Positions 47,511 through 57,527 of a stretch of 64,000 nucleotides of DNA are shown here, one piece after another. The notes beneath the pieces are model-generated. The model did no database searches, was not told the DNA's origin, and worked only from the letters and a program-made list of their open reading frames with translations. Position 1 is the stretch's first letter. Every line of letters starts with the position of its first letter. The DNA is taken from IMG/VR virus record IMGVR_UViG_3300024229_000651, one strand, 5' to 3'. A program made the position numbers and the translations under genes. The stretch comes from a virus. Its lineage: Duplodnaviria > Caudoviricetes.

Positions 47511-47978
47511 TTACTTTCTGCGTTTGCGTTTTGGAGTGGTTCGTTTCTTAGGATTATTTCTAAAGATTTGGTCTTCCGTAATTACCTTAAAGTGTATGCC
47601 TTTATTTTTAGCCCACTCCATTGCAGCGGTCCACTTAACTGCATTAACTTGAGTAGCCATTTTGTCACCGGGGCCTTTAGCATTTTCGATTACTGTTTGG
47701 CTTTTGGGCTTAATTTCAATTAGCTCTACTCGAGTTTTGCCATTTTTATCTTCGTATTGTACCATAAAGTCGGGTACGTAATTAGTTATTTTACCTGTAA
47801 ACGGATGTCTATAAGGTATTTTAACATTCTCGCTTGCCCATTTCTTTATGTTAGGATGTTGATCGCAAAAACGCATAAAGGTTGTTTCCCAGCTACTCCG
47901 TGCAAAGGGAGGTTTTGTGCCGGCGTACTTTTCTGGGTTTTGTATTGTATAAATACCTTGCGAATATTTAGAAGCCAT
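47511..47978 (-). CDS. Head completion nuclease (T4 gp4, TnsA-like)
   Basis: RSSWE..FM.FCD, WASE...IPY, YVPDF, LIEIKP, NAVKW.AA. Confidence 0.9.
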   Translation of the reverse strand: MASKYSQGIYTIQNPEKYAGTKPPFARSSWETTFMRFCDQHPNIKKWASENVKIPYRHPFTGKITNYVPDFMVQYEDKNGKTRVELIEIKPKSQTVIENAKGPGDKMATQVNAVKWTAAMEWAKNKGIHFKVITEDQIFRNNPKKRTTPKRKRRK

Positions 47979-47983
47979 TCGTA

Positions 47984-48415
47984 TTATGGCCTTATGATTT
48001 TAGCAACTCTGCTTTTAGAATTATCTTTTAACAATGATAAGCCTACTAAATTGCCTTTAGGCCGAACAGTGTTCAACGCAGAATATGTGTCTGCTGCTAA
48101 TCTGATAGCATCGTCATTTAAGTCAAAATAACTCATAGGATGTACTCCTTGCATCTTTGCGATCTTTATTAATGCTATAGCTAGAGCGTTTGTAGTCAAC
48201 TCACCGAAACCAATATTAGTTAGCCGGGCTTTAACAGCATCTACACGAGTTGCTTCGATGCCTTCCTGGTCTGGATCAAGCATAGATGTTAATATGTCTA
48301 CACTAGCTTCAGGAATAGGAAACGCTACAGTACTGTTTTGTAAAAACTTTACCAGCTTTCCTCGTCGAACAGTGTAACTTACTTCATTTCCAAATGTTTC
48401 GTATAAACTTTGCAT
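47984..48415 (-). CDS. Hypothetical protein (tail/baseplate region)
   Basis: Co-oriented ORF in the structural block. Confidence 0.65.
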   Translation of the reverse strand: MQSLYETFGNEVSYTVRRGKLVKFLQNSTVAFPIPEASVDILTSMLDPDQEGIEATRVDAVKARLTNIGFGELTTNALAIALIKIAKMQGVHPMSYFDLNDDAIRLAADTYSALNTVRPKGNLVGLSLLKDNSKSRVAKIIRP

Positions 48416-48421
48416 AAATTA

Positions 48422-49471
48422 TTAACCCGGATTAAAATTATTCCAAAAATCTTGATTTTGCTCGGCTCTCAACGAGGATGTTTCTTTACCTGTTTCACTT
48501 GGAGCGAGGAAACCAGCAGAATAATTGATTAAGTGTTTATTTTCAGCGGTCGTCTTGCCTGCAACTGATCCTCCTGGAATATCTTCACCTAGATCTTCGT
48601 CGGTGCCAGCTGATGTACGCAGTCTTTCCCAAATTCCCTGACTAAAATTACCCCATCGCTTCATATCATCTTCGGGTATAAAGCTGTTAATGTTTGGATC
48701 AATGCTGAAACTTTCGTAACTGATTTCCATCTGTATTGTTATAGGCTGAGAAGAAGAATAATCTAAACTGTCTACTTTAAAACTTGTAACTATAGGATTA
48801 AACATTGTATACCGCACATAGCGTTGAGCATGATAAACTAGTAAGTCTATATGAGTTAAGAAATTACGTTCTGCGCCTGGTCTAATATTTAACCCGTTAT
48901 TATTTTCGTTCCAAATTTGAGTGAAGCCACTCATTGTATCAGCTGTTGCACTACCTGTAGTTAATTTCTCAGGAACAACATCATATGGACGTATCTTAGG
49001 TATCGATGTTCCGTCAGACTGAGTTTCAAACTTATTCATAGGATTCAAAAACATGTGTTGATACATTCTCATTAGTGTGATAACCCATGCACTGTCTATT
49101 GTGTCATAAACTGTGATACTAATAGGCTTATATTCGATACCGCTTACTGTAATACGTTTTTTATTATACTGATTATGGGTATCTGTTTGCATTTCGAACG
49201 ACGGGAACTCTGCTGTTTTAACTAAACTGCTTAATCCATTTAGAAAATCTTTCGTTGCAGAACCACTCGGTATTGCATCATTAAAATAAAAATTAACAAG
49301 GCCTTGAAACTGCTGTCTTACTAAATTTTGATCAGGATTTAAATGTTTAGCGTTGTTTGCTGTACTTAAATAAGCACCTTGATCGCCGCCAATACCATCT
49401 TCTATCTCAACCGATGTTCCGTTGAACGTTTCAAGTTGCGATTCGTATATTTGTTTTAATAATTTGCGCAT
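48422..49471 (-). CDS. Tail-tube-fold baseplate/tube initiator protein (gp19/gp54-like)
   Basis: VKTAEFPSFE...QYNKKRI..SGIEYKPISITVYD; NPIVTSF..DSLDYSSSQPITIQMEISYE. Confidence 0.7.
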   Translation of the reverse strand: MRKLLKQIYESQLETFNGTSVEIEDGIGGDQGAYLSTANNAKHLNPDQNLVRQQFQGLVNFYFNDAIPSGSATKDFLNGLSSLVKTAEFPSFEMQTDTHNQYNKKRITVSGIEYKPISITVYDTIDSAWVITLMRMYQHMFLNPMNKFETQSDGTSIPKIRPYDVVPEKLTTGSATADTMSGFTQIWNENNNGLNIRPGAERNFLTHIDLLVYHAQRYVRYTMFNPIVTSFKVDSLDYSSSQPITIQMEISYESFSIDPNINSFIPEDDMKRWGNFSQGIWERLRTSAGTDEDLGEDIPGGSVAGKTTAENKHLINYSAGFLAPSETGKETSSLRAEQNQDFWNNFNPG

Positions 49472-49490
49472 ACTATTATTTATCCTTTAT

Positions 49491-49520
49491 AAAAACGAAT
49501 AACCGCCTGGCGGCGGTTAT
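49491..49520 (-). terminator. Intrinsic terminator after the tail tube gene
   Basis: UAACCGCC-GCCA-GGCGGUUA then UUCGUUUUU. Confidence 0.75.
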
Positions 49521-49564
49521 AAGTTATATAGGTGTTCCTAAAAAATACTATAAAATAAAGTATT

Positions 49565-50191
49565 TTATACGCCGTCTGCGCTTGGACCTTCGAATGCGTT
49601 ATCACCAGTACCGGACATATCTAATCCGCCACCTGAGCCAATTGCGCCTGCGCCTGCCTTGTGAATAGCATTGTCGTAACGTATGCTCAATGTAATTTGA
49701 ACTGGTTCGTTAGTTGCGTAATCACTGTCACTGTAATCAACGTTAGTCAAGAAGCAACCTTCTAATTCCCAAAATTCTAATTCATTTGCAGTTGAACCGT
49801 CTAGGATTTCAATTCGCATATCAAACTTGTAGTCTTCGCCCGCTAATGGAGCTGTTTGCTCTAAGTGGTTTAACTGACGCTGCTGTTGTGCACCAACAAT
49901 TCTAGAAACGCTGTTGGTAACATCGTCACGTAGAACAATTTGAATCGCTTCCCAGGCATGCTTGCCTTGTACATATACACGTGAGTTGTAGCTGTGAATT
50001 TCTACTTCTTCATAACTAACTTTAGGTCGTGATACGTTTACAACATTTTGTGTAAATCTTCGCTGCCCTGCTTCGTCATCGCCGCCGAATCCGCTTAACA
50101 TTGTTACACGGAATCTAAACTTTAGTTTAGGCATTAAAATGCCAGCTTCGCCTGCTACTACAGGAACACCAAATTTATCTTTAGTAGCCAT
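49565..50191 (-). CDS. Tail tube protein (T4 gp19-like)
   Basis: RFRV, VSRPKVSYEEVEI, GKHAWEAIQI, WELEGCF, YSDSDY..PVQITLSIRYD. Confidence 0.9.
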   Translation of the reverse strand: MATKDKFGVPVVAGEAGILMPKLKFRFRVTMLSGFGGDDEAGQRRFTQNVVNVSRPKVSYEEVEIHSYNSRVYVQGKHAWEAIQIVLRDDVTNSVSRIVGAQQQRQLNHLEQTAPLAGEDYKFDMRIEILDGSTANELEFWELEGCFLTNVDYSDSDYATNEPVQITLSIRYDNAIHKAGAGAIGSGGGLDMSGTGDNAFEGPSADGV

Positions 50192-50292
50192 TTATGTTAT
50201 CTCCTAATTACTTTTTAAGTCTATAAGACTGTCGTTACTTTTATTTATCAAAACTGGCAGAAATTTGTTAAAAGGCACTTTAATTTGCCAAT

Positions 50293-50316
50293 AAAAAAGG
50301 GCGTTTCCGCCCTTTT
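50293..50316 (-). terminator. Intrinsic terminator after the sheath gene
   Basis: AAAAGGGCG-GAAA-CGCCCUUUUUU. Confidence 0.85.
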
Positions 50317-50333
50317 CTATAGTTCTTATATAA

Positions 50334-53120
50334 TTAAGAACCTGATGAACCCAATGTGTTCTGGACTCTGATTGGAATGTAGATAAACTCAACTGCCTTG
50401 ACTGGCTGAATAGCAATGTCAATGTACAATTCGTTTCTATCGATTCTTGCTGGAGTGTTGTTTGTCGTATCACATACTGTGACAAAGTCAAACAAACCAC
50501 GTTGAATAACAAGATTAGATAACAACCCGTCTACTACGTTCTTAGCTTTTGCTCTAGTCAATGCATCGTTTGGCTCAAACAAGAAAGGCTTAACAACATC
50601 GTCTAGTCTTTCTCTGAGGTATACAATTAAACGTGCAACGTTAACTCTGTCCAACGCACTTGCTGTTGGGTTAAGAGTCTTTTGACCAAATACTGCAAGG
50701 CCTCTTCCTGGGAACTGTGCGATTGGGTTTACTTTATTCAAGTAAAGCGTGTCACGTTGCCCTTCGTTGAGTGTAACTGGAACATATTCGCCGCTATCTG
50801 CGTCAACATATCCTACACTTGTTGCATTTTGTACGATACCACGCTGGAAGCCAGCTGGTGCAAACCAAGGGAATGCAACCTGATCGTTGAATGCAAATGT
50901 GCGTAATGCAACATGACTAGGTGGTACTACAACATTTGTACCGTCTAAGTTAGTTGTCATTGCACTTGGGTAGTAAACAGCCGCATATGGAGAACTTGAT
51001 AGTAAGCCGTCTTCGCCGTTTTCACTAGCATTGTTAGCATTAGTTGCCCACGCTTGAACAGTAGTTGCAGAAGCATCTAGTCTCATTGGCGTATCTGCAA
51101 TAACAAATGCAGTATTACGTCTGTCGCCACTTAATGCAATCATCTCGTCAAGCAATTCTGGATAACCAGGTGCTGTGATCAAGTTAAACGCATTAATTTC
51201 ACTTCTGATTGCATCGTTTTGAGTTATGATTGCTTGCATCTTAGTTTTAACTAAGTTGTGTACAGCCTTTCTCATGCCATGCATCTTACCATCTACTTGG
51301 TTGCCGCTTGCGTCAACCCAAACGTTACCAACAGCTACACCGTTAGCAACATAATCAACTTGCCATTCTTTAACGTTGCCGCCGCTTGCTCGCTTGTTCC
51401 AGCCTAAAATACCTACTGGATACTTCTCTTTAGCAGGAGCATCTGCAGACAAGCTGCCGCCTTTAACTGCACGGAAGTCTTGGTATATAATACCGTCTGC
51501 TGTTACCTGGTCAGTACCGTCTACACCTACCCATGCGCTTGCGCTTGCAGAGTATCTGTAAATTTTAGGGAAGTTGTCCAAGTCGTCGCTGTCAAGCCAT
51601 AACTCTCCACCAGCAAGTGGTGTAGTACCGTCACTTTGCTTACTAGGCTTAGTTGCAGTAACATTTAAATCAGCTGAAACACTCTGCCAACCATTTGTTA
51701 CATGGTTTTCCAACAAGTCAACATTAGCAAGAGCAACACTTGCATCATACCAGTACGTACCGGATGCTAATGTGCCAGCTGGCTTTGTTTTGCTTGCTTT
51801 GTAAGTTAAATCTGCCCAGTTAGTGAACAACACATCATCTGATGCGCCGCCGCTGCCTAAGCCAATACTACTTGGTCCAAATGCAGGGTCTGTGCTTAAA
51901 AGTTTAATATCATAACCTGAACTTGATGTCATAACAATGTTATCACTGTCGCCTTCAGATGCAACAACTTCTGTTACGCCTGCGCCTGATAGTGCACTGT
52001 TAATGTCAAAGATACTGTCGTCTACTGTAGATGCTGCAATTGTGCCGCTTACAGAAGCAGTAAAGTTAACTGGTGTTGTAACGCCTTTGTATACAATAGA
52101 CAACGTCTTAGCTGTAACATCTACTGTACCGTGTGCGCTACCAGTAGCAACTAAACTTGTGCTACCGTCATGCTTTCTAAATTCAATTGTTGCAGTGTCT
52201 TCACCGTGTATAGCGATTACATCGCCGGCAACAACATTTGTAATACCCATGTCGTCATATGCTGCATCACCGCTTGCGTATACTGGGCTTGCTATGTTAG
52301 CGTATGCCTTAGTACTGCTGCTGAATGCTTTAACACGTAAATCCATGCCACTGTTTGGTGTAGTTGTTTGAATAAACACATCACCGTCTACTAGTGAGCT
52401 TGCGCCATCGCTTTGAAGAGTTGGTACTCTCAAGTGAGTTGCAAACTGGAAGTCGCCGCTTGTTGCAGCTGTCCAACTTGTAGAGCCAATTTCGTACCAG
52501 TCATCACTGAACTTTTCGAAGTACTTAATTTGCTCTGATGCATCGCCAGCGGATGTTTGTGCAACGATTGCGTAGTCGCCGTTTAAACCAAAGGACTGCT
52601 TTGGTTCGCCTGTTACTCGAATATCGTTCTTTTCACAAACTTTTGCTGTTTTCTTAACCCATGCGCCAGACGCATACTCTCTAACACCATATCTAGAATC
52701 GTCAATGTCTACCCAATGTGCGCCATCTGCTGTTGCGCCGCTTGGTGATGTAGCTGATGCTTCTAGTTCACCTAAATCGATGTCTGCTCTTAAAATCCAC
52801 GCTCTGTTAGACAAACCCAAGAAACTATGAGCTGCTAATAGACCGTATTCGTTAAGGTCGTAACCGTTAAGTTGAGTGCTTCCGCTTGAATAAAATAATG
52901 GATTACCATAATTTTGTAATAACTCGCGTTGGCTTGTTATTAATTTTACTTGTCCTGTTTCAGCACTAGTAGTAAATGCAGCAGTTCCTACGCCGTCAGG
53001 ACTTGCTTTGTCCTGAGCCGTTGCAATAATGATTAAAGGAACTGTACCTGCACCAGCAGAGGCGTAAAACGACTCGTCTGTTACACTAATACTTACGCCA
53101 GGTGATACTAATTCTGCCAT
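50334..53120 (-). CDS. Tail sheath protein (T4 gp18-like, with large insertions)
   Basis: LVSPGVSI, VVPPS, FPWFAPAG.RG, LYLNKVNPI, FGQKT, RVNVARL, FLFEPND, PVKAVEFIYI. Confidence 0.96.
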   Translation of the reverse strand: MAELVSPGVSISVTDESFYASAGAGTVPLIIIATAQDKASPDGVGTAAFTTSAETGQVKLITSQRELLQNYGNPLFYSSGSTQLNGYDLNEYGLLAAHSFLGLSNRAWILRADIDLGELEASATSPSGATADGAHWVDIDDSRYGVREYASGAWVKKTAKVCEKNDIRVTGEPKQSFGLNGDYAIVAQTSAGDASEQIKYFEKFSDDWYEIGSTSWTAATSGDFQFATHLRVPTLQSDGASSLVDGDVFIQTTTPNSGMDLRVKAFSSSTKAYANIASPVYASGDAAYDDMGITNVVAGDVIAIHGEDTATIEFRKHDGSTSLVATGSAHGTVDVTAKTLSIVYKGVTTPVNFTASVSGTIAASTVDDSIFDINSALSGAGVTEVVASEGDSDNIVMTSSSGYDIKLLSTDPAFGPSSIGLGSGGASDDVLFTNWADLTYKASKTKPAGTLASGTYWYDASVALANVDLLENHVTNGWQSVSADLNVTATKPSKQSDGTTPLAGGELWLDSDDLDNFPKIYRYSASASAWVGVDGTDQVTADGIIYQDFRAVKGGSLSADAPAKEKYPVGILGWNKRASGGNVKEWQVDYVANGVAVGNVWVDASGNQVDGKMHGMRKAVHNLVKTKMQAIITQNDAIRSEINAFNLITAPGYPELLDEMIALSGDRRNTAFVIADTPMRLDASATTVQAWATNANNASENGEDGLLSSSPYAAVYYPSAMTTNLDGTNVVVPPSHVALRTFAFNDQVAFPWFAPAGFQRGIVQNATSVGYVDADSGEYVPVTLNEGQRDTLYLNKVNPIAQFPGRGLAVFGQKTLNPTASALDRVNVARLIVYLRERLDDVVKPFLFEPNDALTRAKAKNVVDGLLSNLVIQRGLFDFVTVCDTTNNTPARIDRNELYIDIAIQPVKAVEFIYIPIRVQNTLGSSGS

Positions 53121-53177
53121 GTTATATCTCCTATCTAAATACTTTGTACCCTTGTTAACAATAGTATAGTATGTAGA

Positions 53178-53185
53178 TATTTATC
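53178..53185 (-). promoter_or_regulatory. Late promoter GATAAATA for the sheath gene
   Basis: Motif match upstream of the sheath SD. Confidence 0.7.
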
Positions 53186-53260
53186 TAAAGTAGCGCAAAA
53201 CCGTATTATTTAGAAAGGGGGTACAAGGTTTTTAGAAGTTTTTGATAAATAAACGATTTT

Positions 53261-53923
53261 TTAAATTGCCCGGAGCGATTTTTGAAATATCTCTGACTGT
53301 ATCTTAGAAACTACATCAGAAAGATGCTCAATTGTAGTATTATTTTCAATTTCATAATCAAAATCGAATCCTATCCAATTCCATTCACTTGAGTGTACGT
53401 TACTAAACCTTGTATTCATGATATGTTTTGAAGGAACGTGGCCGTCGACATTAGCTTTATATGCATATTCGTACCATTCAGGTAACTCATTACGCTTGAC
53501 ATTAATCACTATGCCTCCTAAATCCTTGATAAGAGACAATTCATTTACAAATCTTGCATCACTAACTACAACACATTTCGATGTGTTCAATGCTTTTCTC
53601 ATTCGATATTCCAAACTGCTTAACCAAATGTTCTCATTGAAATGTGTGCGCATGATGTCTGTGCCTATCAACTGCAAAGCAAGCCTGGGTGTAAAACTAT
53701 CAATGCCTAGCTTCTTAGTCCAATATAAATCAGGTGTTTCTCGGAAGTCTCTGCTGTCAATAGTATCGCCTTCAAGCATTGCTCTATCCCAACCAAAAAT
53801 GCTTGCACACATATCTTTCAAAGGTGCCGCAAAACTGTCCTGGGCGCAACCATGGGACTTTACAAACAGTTTTGCTACTGTGTCTTTACCCGAGCCAATT
53901 AATCCTGTAATTCCAATTATCAT
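53261..53923 (-). CDS. Deoxynucleoside monophosphate kinase (T4 gp1-like)
   Basis: GLIGSGKDT, SFAAPLKD, TPRLALQLIGTD, SDARFVNE, HSSE. Confidence 0.93.
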   Translation of the reverse strand: MIIGITGLIGSGKDTVAKLFVKSHGCAQDSFAAPLKDMCASIFGWDRAMLEGDTIDSRDFRETPDLYWTKKLGIDSFTPRLALQLIGTDIMRTHFNENIWLSSLEYRMRKALNTSKCVVVSDARFVNELSLIKDLGGIVINVKRNELPEWYEYAYKANVDGHVPSKHIMNTRFSNVHSSEWNWIGFDFDYEIENNTTIEHLSDVVSKIQSEIFQKSLRAI

Positions 53924-53967
53924 TGTGTATAGTCTCTGTATTAGGTGTATATTATTATTAGATGTAT

Positions 53968-53995
53968 ATTATATAGTATTGCTATAGTATGTCAA
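53968..53995 (-). promoter_or_regulatory. Sigma70-type promoter TTGACA-N16-TATAAT
   Basis: Upstream of the dNMP kinase gene. Confidence 0.6.
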
Positions 53996-53997
53996 GT

Positions 53998-54834
53998 TTA
54001 TTTTAACAACTTACCTTCATTATGTAGTTGCTGTATATGATCGAACGAATATTTCTCCCAGTTACCATGTATTCTCATTGCTACCCTGGGCTGAGGTATA
54101 GGCGTCATATCTACTCTATGGAATTTCGATAGATTAATAATGTATGGTTTTTCAAAGCCTTCTTTTTTCGCCACTGTTGTAATATAATCGTGTTGATTTA
54201 GATCACTATGGCGCCAAAAACCCGATCGTCTATGCCTATACTGATATGCGGGTTTATCGTTAACCATGTGTACATAGTAAGGATCTGTGTCATATGTTTT
54301 GTGTGTACGATAATACGCTTCGCCATTATCCCCTCCGATTTTATCCCATTGTAACACAGTATCAGACGGCTCTCCGAAAAAGGTTCCGGCGTTTTCTGTA
54401 GGGCCAAGCATTTTAAAATTTAATGAATAATTTATTCTACCGTAATGTGCGTTTACTCTGTCAGAATTTGTACGCATGTCGTCAGTAAAGCCTTCCTTAT
54501 GAAACCAATTATCGTCACTGAAACATAGTAGCGTAGCAGGAAATGCATATCTTCCTGTCATACCTATAGGAACACTTCTAGGTAAAAATGGTATAGCAAA
54601 CGTATCGAGCATGTACTCTTGTAATCGCCGCTGTATAACTTTACTGTGTATCCAAGCCGCATTACCTATTTCACGCTCTGCAAAAATCCAGTATAAATTA
54701 GCTGTACGTACAGCGCCGGTAGTGCGTTCTACTTGAGATATTACATCATAGTCCTGATCCGTGAAAAGATCATCTACAGTGAAAGGTAGTTCTATGTCTA
54801 ATTCTTGAAAGTAACCTGGGTGCGATTGTATCAT
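53998..54834 (-). CDS. 2OG-Fe(II) dioxygenase-like (DSBH) protein
   Basis: FHKEG ... SLNF ... INLSKFHRV ... RVAMR; paralog of 58684..59502. Confidence 0.55.
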   Translation of the reverse strand: MIQSHPGYFQELDIELPFTVDDLFTDQDYDVISQVERTTGAVRTANLYWIFAEREIGNAAWIHSKVIQRRLQEYMLDTFAIPFLPRSVPIGMTGRYAFPATLLCFSDDNWFHKEGFTDDMRTNSDRVNAHYGRINYSLNFKMLGPTENAGTFFGEPSDTVLQWDKIGGDNGEAYYRTHKTYDTDPYYVHMVNDKPAYQYRHRRSGFWRHSDLNQHDYITTVAKKEGFEKPYIINLSKFHRVDMTPIPQPRVAMRIHGNWEKYSFDHIQQLHNEGKLLK

Positions 54835-55502
54835 GATATCGCCGTACTTTTTATTAGTCGATTGTTGCTATGCATTTTTTGTATCTGCTTTACTGTTATA
54901 TTATCAGCTACACATACAGATAACAAAATTCTAGATTTATCAGAATTTACATTGTACGACCTATGCAGACATGCAGTGTTGTAAAAAAACGGAGTATACA
55001 ATGAATTGTGCAATTGTCCTATTACGTCAACATCGGTGTCTGGCACTATACCCGAAAAATGTTTTTCTATTTCGTCTGGTGGTACATCAATGTGCTTGTG
55101 TTCCCCCCATTGTGCTGATGTCACACCTTCTTGCCCTTGTATCATAAAATTCAATGCACATTGTCGGCCCTTAAGGAGTGGGCCTTCACTATGCCACGGG
55201 CCTATGCTATCAGGCTTTGTTCTAATATAAAATACGCCTGAAAACTTTAAATTAAATGTGTTGCGGCACCATGCAGTAAGTTCTTTCGCTGTATCGGGAT
55301 GAACCGTACTTGTTTCCCACGATGACTCGCGAGATGTTGTAATAAAATTTGTTCCTTGGGAGCTATCGAATCCAACACCAGACATCAAATCTATTGCCTG
55401 CTGTTGTTGCTTTGTTACGTGGGGTTCTGTTTTGTTTCTTAAGGATACAGGCATTGCTAATTCCGGTGATTGCAAGAAGAGGTTTTCTGCCGAGTATCCC
55501 AT
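54831..55502 (-). CDS. 2OG-Fe(II) dioxygenase-like (DSBH) protein
   Basis: WHSEG ... ALNF ... YNTACLHRS ... RILLS. Confidence 0.6.
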   Translation of the reverse strand: MGYSAENLFLQSPELAMPVSLRNKTEPHVTKQQQQAIDLMSGVGFDSSQGTNFITTSRESSWETSTVHPDTAKELTAWCRNTFNLKFSGVFYIRTKPDSIGPWHSEGPLLKGRQCALNFMIQGQEGVTSAQWGEHKHIDVPPDEIEKHFSGIVPDTDVDVIGQLHNSLYTPFFYNTACLHRSYNVNSDKSRILLSVCVADNITVKQIQKMHSNNRLIKSTAIS

Positions 55503-55511
55503 AAGTACCTC

Positions 55512-56279
55512 TTATCCTATAACAAATCCTAATGGAGAATTGCCTTCTTCCATGTTGTGTATTTCTGCAATCAGCGTTTCCATTTCAGACATTGCTTCTG
55601 TTTTTAATGCATCGCCGTTTAAAGTTACTGCGCCGCCGGGGCCAGGTAGGCCACTAGTAAACTTACTTCTAGCTTCTCCTAGCATAAACTTAGCTTGGGC
55701 TAAAGCAAAATTGGACAACCAAGGACTTGCATACACATCCGTTAATAATACTGATTCCGGAATGAAGTTATATGTGCCTACAGCAACATCCTCGCCGTGT
55801 CTAACATTACGTAATATTGTTAGCTCTTTGGTATTTCGATTATAAGTGAAATTATATTCGCTACCGAATATTCTACCTAATGTTTCTTTATACTGTGCAA
55901 AAGCATCAAATGTTGCTAGTCCACCTAACTGTCCGGCTTGTAGCATATACATGTTATTAAATGCCACATCAAACGGATCAAAGTTTGTGCCGCCGCCGCT
56001 GTTAGTACCTACACCACGTCGGTACAGTCGTTTAACGTCTATCACTTCGCTAGGTAACGTGTACTTAGTTACATCAGGTTGCGTCTGGATCCAGACAATG
56101 CTTTCTTCTACAGACCCCGAACTAAGTTGTCTATACTTAGCCATTGCTTTGTTAATAGCAATGTCATAATGGTCTCTGTCTAATTCAACGTCAACCATGC
56201 CGTCTCCTAATCGGAGTTTCAATTCTCTAATTAAGTCGTCCCGCGATCCGTAACCGCTACTATCTATTCTAGTGTTCAT
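55512..56279 (-). CDS. Neck protein (T4 gp13-like)
   Basis: LRLGDGMVDVELD, ALAQAKFMLGEARSKF..LPGPGG.VTLNG..LK.EA. Confidence 0.9.
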   Translation of the reverse strand: MNTRIDSSGYGSRDDLIRELKLRLGDGMVDVELDRDHYDIAINKAMAKYRQLSSGSVEESIVWIQTQPDVTKYTLPSEVIDVKRLYRRGVGTNSGGGTNFDPFDVAFNNMYMLQAGQLGGLATFDAFAQYKETLGRIFGSEYNFTYNRNTKELTILRNVRHGEDVAVGTYNFIPESVLLTDVYASPWLSNFALAQAKFMLGEARSKFTSGLPGPGGAVTLNGDALKTEAMSEMETLIAEIHNMEEGNSPLGFVIG

Positions 56280-56315
56280 AACACTATTTATCTTATTCTG
56301 CTGTACTTGAAGGGA

Positions 56316-57449
56316 TTAAAAGGCTTTCAAAATTATAGTAGTATCGTTTAACCTGCCATTTAATTTAGTGTCTGTTGTTTTGATGTCGTCAAACGCTTTT
56401 TGAAACTTTGTCCTGGCGTTGCCTTTAAAGGCTTTAATTTGATCTTGTGGTTTCCTTAACGTTTTTTGTATACTCTTAGTCTCATCAAAATCCTTAATTG
56501 TAGTGCCTTTTACAGTAAGTCCTGTTGCGAGGCCAGCTACACGATATACTCCTAGCTTTCGATTTTTAGTATTGTAAACCCAAACTTCGGCGGCATCTAC
56601 AACGTCTGTAGGATTAATACTTGCTATGCCTAGCTCGCTGTCGTTAATTTGGAACTTTAACTTTGATACTAACTTATCTCTACTAACTGCTTTAGGCTTC
56701 CTAGTCTTACGTTGTGCTTTTCCGGTGCTTATCATTGTGTCACAAGCAGTATTAATCTTTTCATAGAACGACAAATACTGTTTACGAAGTTTCGCACCCA
56801 TGTACGAAAACGCTTCTTTAATCTCTTCATCTTGCCATTGTACTATTTCTAATGCTTCTTTGTGCTGACCTTCATACATGTCTTTTATAATTTTTGCATG
56901 TGCTGGTTTAATCACTCCACCATCATATGATCTCATATCTTTATACGGGTCGAATTTATCGACATCGTATTCGGCCCATAGAAGCTCGTCTATAAGACTT
57001 TCCCAAACACCACATAGCTCTGCTACTTGTTCACGCATTCGCTGTTGTATGCTTATTTTGGGCTTTGTAGGGGCCTTCTCTTCTTTCTCTTTCTCTTCAA
57101 CAAGGTGTTCTGCTTTGGCTTTTAATTCTGGGATTGCTGATAATATGTACTGCCTAGCAGCATCTCTCATATAACCGCTTTTTTTCCAAATATAACAATG
57201 TTTAGATAGAGAGCCGAACCAGCCGTCAGGAACTTTTTTAAGTTGCTTAACAGTTTCCTTGTCTAAGCCACTGTCAGCAACCAACCACTCTCTCAGTGCT
57301 TCTGCTTGTTTTTTGTCGCTAACTTCGTAGTGGACAAAATACTCGAACCCTCGTAGAATAGTTTCTATCTTGTCTTCCGGAGCAGTCTGGATCTCTTTCC
57401 ACTTTGGCTCGGGCATCAAGTATATTTCTTTGCTTTTACGTTTTGGCAT
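56316..57449 (-). CDS. Hypothetical early protein
   Basis: 377 aa, Lys-rich; consensus sigma70 promoter upstream. Confidence 0.75.
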   Translation of the reverse strand: MPKRKSKEIYLMPEPKWKEIQTAPEDKIETILRGFEYFVHYEVSDKKQAEALREWLVADSGLDKETVKQLKKVPDGWFGSLSKHCYIWKKSGYMRDAARQYILSAIPELKAKAEHLVEEKEKEEKAPTKPKISIQQRMREQVAELCGVWESLIDELLWAEYDVDKFDPYKDMRSYDGGVIKPAHAKIIKDMYEGQHKEALEIVQWQDEEIKEAFSYMGAKLRKQYLSFYEKINTACDTMISTGKAQRKTRKPKAVSRDKLVSKLKFQINDSELGIASINPTDVVDAAEVWVYNTKNRKLGVYRVAGLATGLTVKGTTIKDFDETKSIQKTLRKPQDQIKAFKGNARTKFQKAFDDIKTTDTKLNGRLNDTTIILKAF

Positions 57450-57489
57450 TTCTCATTCCGTTTATAAAGACATTAATTATAAGGTAGTT

Positions 57490-57518
57490 ATTATAAGTTC
57501 AGAAAAAAGTAATGTCAA
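57490..57518 (-). promoter_or_regulatory. Perfect sigma70 promoter TTGACA-N17-TATAAT
   Basis: Exact consensus with 17-nt spacer. Confidence 0.8.
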
Positions 57519-57527
57519 CTGGTATTT

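Noticed and set aside
50204-50512. Minus-strand 102-aa ORF between sheath and tube
   Set aside because: It crosses the sheath stop, a strong terminator and the tube late promoter.
53244-53251. + strand GATAAATA pointing antisense into the dNMP kinase gene
   Set aside because: No + strand gene follows; a single 8-mer in AT-rich DNA is expected by chance.
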